Positions 61,691-64,000 of a DNA stretch of 64,000 nucleotides are shown piece by piece. Under the pieces are notes generated by a model. The model searched no databases. It saw nothing but the letters and a program-made list of their open reading frames with translations, and was not told the DNA's origin. Within the stretch, counting starts at the first letter, position 1; each line of letters starts with the position of its first letter. The position numbers and the translations under genes were made by a program. The stretch is from the NCBI GenBank assembly GCA_963764165.1, contig CAVXRD010000002.1, forward strand, positions 320,001-384,000, read 5' to 3'. The DNA comes from an uncultured Verrucomicrobiae bacterium. GTDB taxonomy: Bacteria; Verrucomicrobiota; Verrucomicrobiia; Limisphaerales; Palsa-1400.

Positions 61691-61809
61691 GGAGCAAATG
61701 TAGCGGGTCTGTAGCGGCTTTGTAGCCACAAATGTAGCGGTTTATCTGGTTGATAATCAATAATGTAGCGGGTGTAGCGGGTTTTTCGAGATTATATGCG
61801 CATTCAATG
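61691..61809 (-). repeat. Six-repeat non-coding module, copy C (GCTACA type)
   Basis: TGTAGC at 61699, 61710, 61721, 61733, 61764 and 61773; dyad TTGATAATCAA at 61750-61760; TTTTTCGAGATTAT. Confidence 0.88.
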
Positions 61810-62085
61810 CTTGGCCCCATCCTTGCCTCCCTGCGCCACGGCATCCTTGCGTCGAAATCCCCTTGGGTCTCTTTTCCTGAGTTCGGTCGTTCCAGATTCA
61901 ATTTCCCAATTTTTTCGTCAAAAATCGTGCCGAAAAACCTATGGTAGGTTTTCCAACCCGCGCCGTCCGTGCCAAAGTGCATCGGTGCTGATGCAAGCTC
62001 GATTATTTATGATGTTCTGCTTGAGCCGCGGTCTCGGTGCTCTGTTGTCGGAACCACAGAGACGTAGTTTCCGCCGCCCTCCGAC

Positions 62086-62293
62086 GGTTCCACAACGTTT
62101 CCAGCCGAATGAAATAAGGCCAACGCCACCTGAGAGGGCGCGTTCAAGCGGGTTTCGCCGGAAAGAATCGTTGCACCCTATTGCACTCTATTGCACCTAC
62201 CGTTTTCAGCGCCCGAATTGCACTCTCCAAAACAGGTTTCCAGCAAGGGCTGGCGCGGACATTCTCATTCCACTGAAAAAACAGCGAGGAGCC
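62086..62293. mobile_element. Possible degenerate relative of the 14026-14343 MITE containing TTGCAC repeats
   Basis: Right end CTCATTCCACTGAAAAAACAGCGAGGAGCC matches the MITE TIR; the candidate left end matches 20/29; no TSD. Confidence 0.45.
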
Positions 62294-62441
62294 TGCGCAA
62301 ATCCATCAAATATTCGTTTCAAGTTCGTCTCCAGTTCAACCGATGTGTTTACCGCAACGCAAAATGAAATCCTCGGACGCGAGGCTTGCGGTGGTTTCGT
62401 GGCTCTGGTAGAACGAGCTTGTCCGGCAAACTGTCTGATAT

Positions 62442-63536
62442 ATGGCCAGAATTGACGCCCTTTTTAACTTAATGTACGAGCAGAAGGCTTCCGATCTGCA
62501 TCTTTCCTCGGGCAGTCCGCCAATTCTGCGCATTAATGGCGAGCTTACCCGCGTCGATTCCCCTCCGCTGGAGGACGACCAACTGAAGGTCATGCTCTAC
62601 GAAATCGCGCCGGAATATAAGATCAAGACATTTGAAGAAACGGGCGACGTCGACTTCGGCTACGAGATTCCGAACGTGTCGCGTTTCCGCGCCAACTTTT
62701 TTACGCAAAAATACGGCATTTCGGCCGTTTTCCGCCAAATTCCCAGCAAGGTGTTGTCATTTGAGGATTTCGAAAAGTTTGACGCGCCGCTGCCGCCGGT
62801 GCTCAAGAAATTTGCCATGCTGCACAAGGGCCTTGTCGTGGTCACCGGGCCGACCGGCTCCGGCAAGTCCACCACCCTGGCGGCCATCGTCGATTACGCC
62901 AATAAAAACCGGCGCGACCACATCATCACGGTGGAGGACCCCATCGAATTCGTGCATGAAAGCAAAAGCTGCCTCGTCAATCATCGCGAAGTCGGCCTGC
63001 ACACGAAATCGTTTACGGCGGCCTTGCGCGGCGCTCTGCGCGAAGATCCGGACATCATTCTCGTCGGCGAATTGCGCGATTTGGAAACCATCGAATTGGC
63101 GATCACGGCGGCCAGCACGGGCCATCTTGTCTTCGGCACCCTGCACACGCAAAGCGCAGCCAAGACGGTGGATCGTATTATTGACGTCTTCCCGGGCGAC
63201 CAGCAGAACAAAATTCGCGCCACGCTGTCGGAATCGCTGAAGGGGGTCGTGGCGCAAAACCTGTTCAAGCGGATTGATCGCAAGGGGCGCGTGGCCGCGC
63301 TGGAAATCCTGCTTTTCAACACCGCCGTGGCCAATCTCGTTCGCGAAGGCAAGACCCACCAGATCCCGGGCATGATCCAGATCGGCAAGAAACACGGCAA
63401 CACGCCGCTGGACGACTCGATCATGGACCATCTCAAGATGAGGCGGATTTCCCCGGAGGAAGCCTACGACAAATGCATCGAGAAAAAGAAGTTCCGCCCC
63501 TTTCTCGCGCATCCTCCGGAAGAAGATGAAATGTAG
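62442..63536 (+). CDS. pilT: Type IV pilus retraction ATPase
   Basis: ASDLHL, GPTGSGKSTT, ITVEDPIE, ALREDPDIILVGELRD, TGHLVFGTLHT, ANLVRE. Confidence 0.95.
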   Translation: MARIDALFNLMYEQKASDLHLSSGSPPILRINGELTRVDSPPLEDDQLKVMLYEIAPEYKIKTFEETGDVDFGYEIPNVSRFRANFFTQKYGISAVFRQIPSKVLSFEDFEKFDAPLPPVLKKFAMLHKGLVVVTGPTGSGKSTTLAAIVDYANKNRRDHIITVEDPIEFVHESKSCLVNHREVGLHTKSFTAALRGALREDPDIILVGELRDLETIELAITAASTGHLVFGTLHTQSAAKTVDRIIDVFPGDQQNKIRATLSESLKGVVAQNLFKRIDRKGRVAALEILLFNTAVANLVREGKTHQIPGMIQIGKKHGNTPLDDSIMDHLKMRRISPEEAYDKCIEKKKFRPFLAHPPEEDEM

Positions 63537-63555
63537 AAGCGAACCGTTTTGATTT

Positions 63556-64000
63556 ATGCGTCGCAGTGAACTTGATTATATTCTGACCACCATGCTCGGC
63601 GTTGGCCGGCAGACGGATACCGCCATCCGCCGCCGCACCGATGTTTCGGACTTGAATTTCACCGTCGAAAAACCGTTGCAGGTCGAGCAGAACGGGGAAT
63701 TGGTGCCTGTCATTTGCAATCCGTCCTTTGACCGGCTCACGCCCTACCAAACGGAAATGATCGCGTTGAACCTGATCAACGGCAGCCCGCGGCTGACGGA
63801 GGATCTGCTGCGCACCGGCTCATGCGACGCCTCCTACAGTGTGGCGGACAAGCTGCGTTTCCGCGTCAACATTTTCAGCCAGCGCGGCAAGTATTCCATC
63901 GTCATGCGGAAGTTGAACACGGAGATTCCCTCGCTGACGCAACTGAAGCTGCCGGAGATATTCACGCAGGTGACGAAGGAAAAAACCGGCCTCGTGCTGG
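63556..64000 (+). CDS. Second PilT/PilU-family ATPase (3'-partial)
   Basis: Manual translation MRRSELDYIL...VSDLNFTVEKP...RFRVNIFSQRG...KTGLVL runs off the window just before Walker A. Confidence 0.88.
   Translation, partial: MRRSELDYILTTMLGVGRQTDTAIRRRTDVSDLNFTVEKPLQVEQNGELVPVICNPSFDRLTPYQTEMIALNLINGSPRLTEDLLRTGSCDASYSVADKLRFRVNIFSQRGKYSIVMRKLNTEIPSLTQLKLPEIFTQVTKEKTGLVL

Noticed and set aside
61745..61770. Chromosomal dif (XerCD) site
   Set aside because: The dyad is only loosely Xer-like, lacks a recognisable TTATGTTAAAT arm and occurs in multiple module copies.
61432..62455. Protein-coding ORFs in the intergenic patchwork (61488-61982, 61750-61947, 61796-62455) and at 13946-14300
   Set aside because: They translate through non-coding repeats. 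The shared 'GFSRL' peptide simply reflects the repeated DNA module.

Overview
This is a GC-rich bacterial chromosomal segment. The gene content suggests Verrucomicrobia of the Pedosphaera/Limisphaerales type (inference from the prepilin-type H-X9-DG proteins, GloVer-repeat/Ig surface protein, DUF3300-DUF2950 pair and sulfatase). Recognisable genes include glnD, a PPi-type PEP carboxykinase, a sugar-kinase-murQ fusion, mnmE, lnt, proS, der, an M32 carboxypeptidase, kdpFABC and two pilT-family ATPases. Accessory content includes a YtrA/ABC operon whose permease is fused to an alpha/beta-hydrolase, an ABC-2-like permease fused to RCC1 repeats, a GbsR-MBOAT cluster, an intact IS5-family element, and a cluster of pilin-like and beta-propeller genes. 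The most unusual signal is non-coding. A ~105-bp six-repeat module with fixed 9-31-12-11-11 spacing around a TTGA-N3-TCAA-like dyad occurs three times, each copy with its own dominant repeat hexamer. One copy is split by a 318-bp MITE (terminal inverted repeats, exact 8-bp target duplication) that itself carries another copy. Also present are several REP/hairpin repeat families, a 16-bp tandem duplication that frameshifts a large secreted protein, a 1-bp frameshift, a pilin gene remnant and unannotated small ORFs. No rRNA, tRNA or CRISPR array was recognised. All family assignments are from motif recognition by eye, without database searches.
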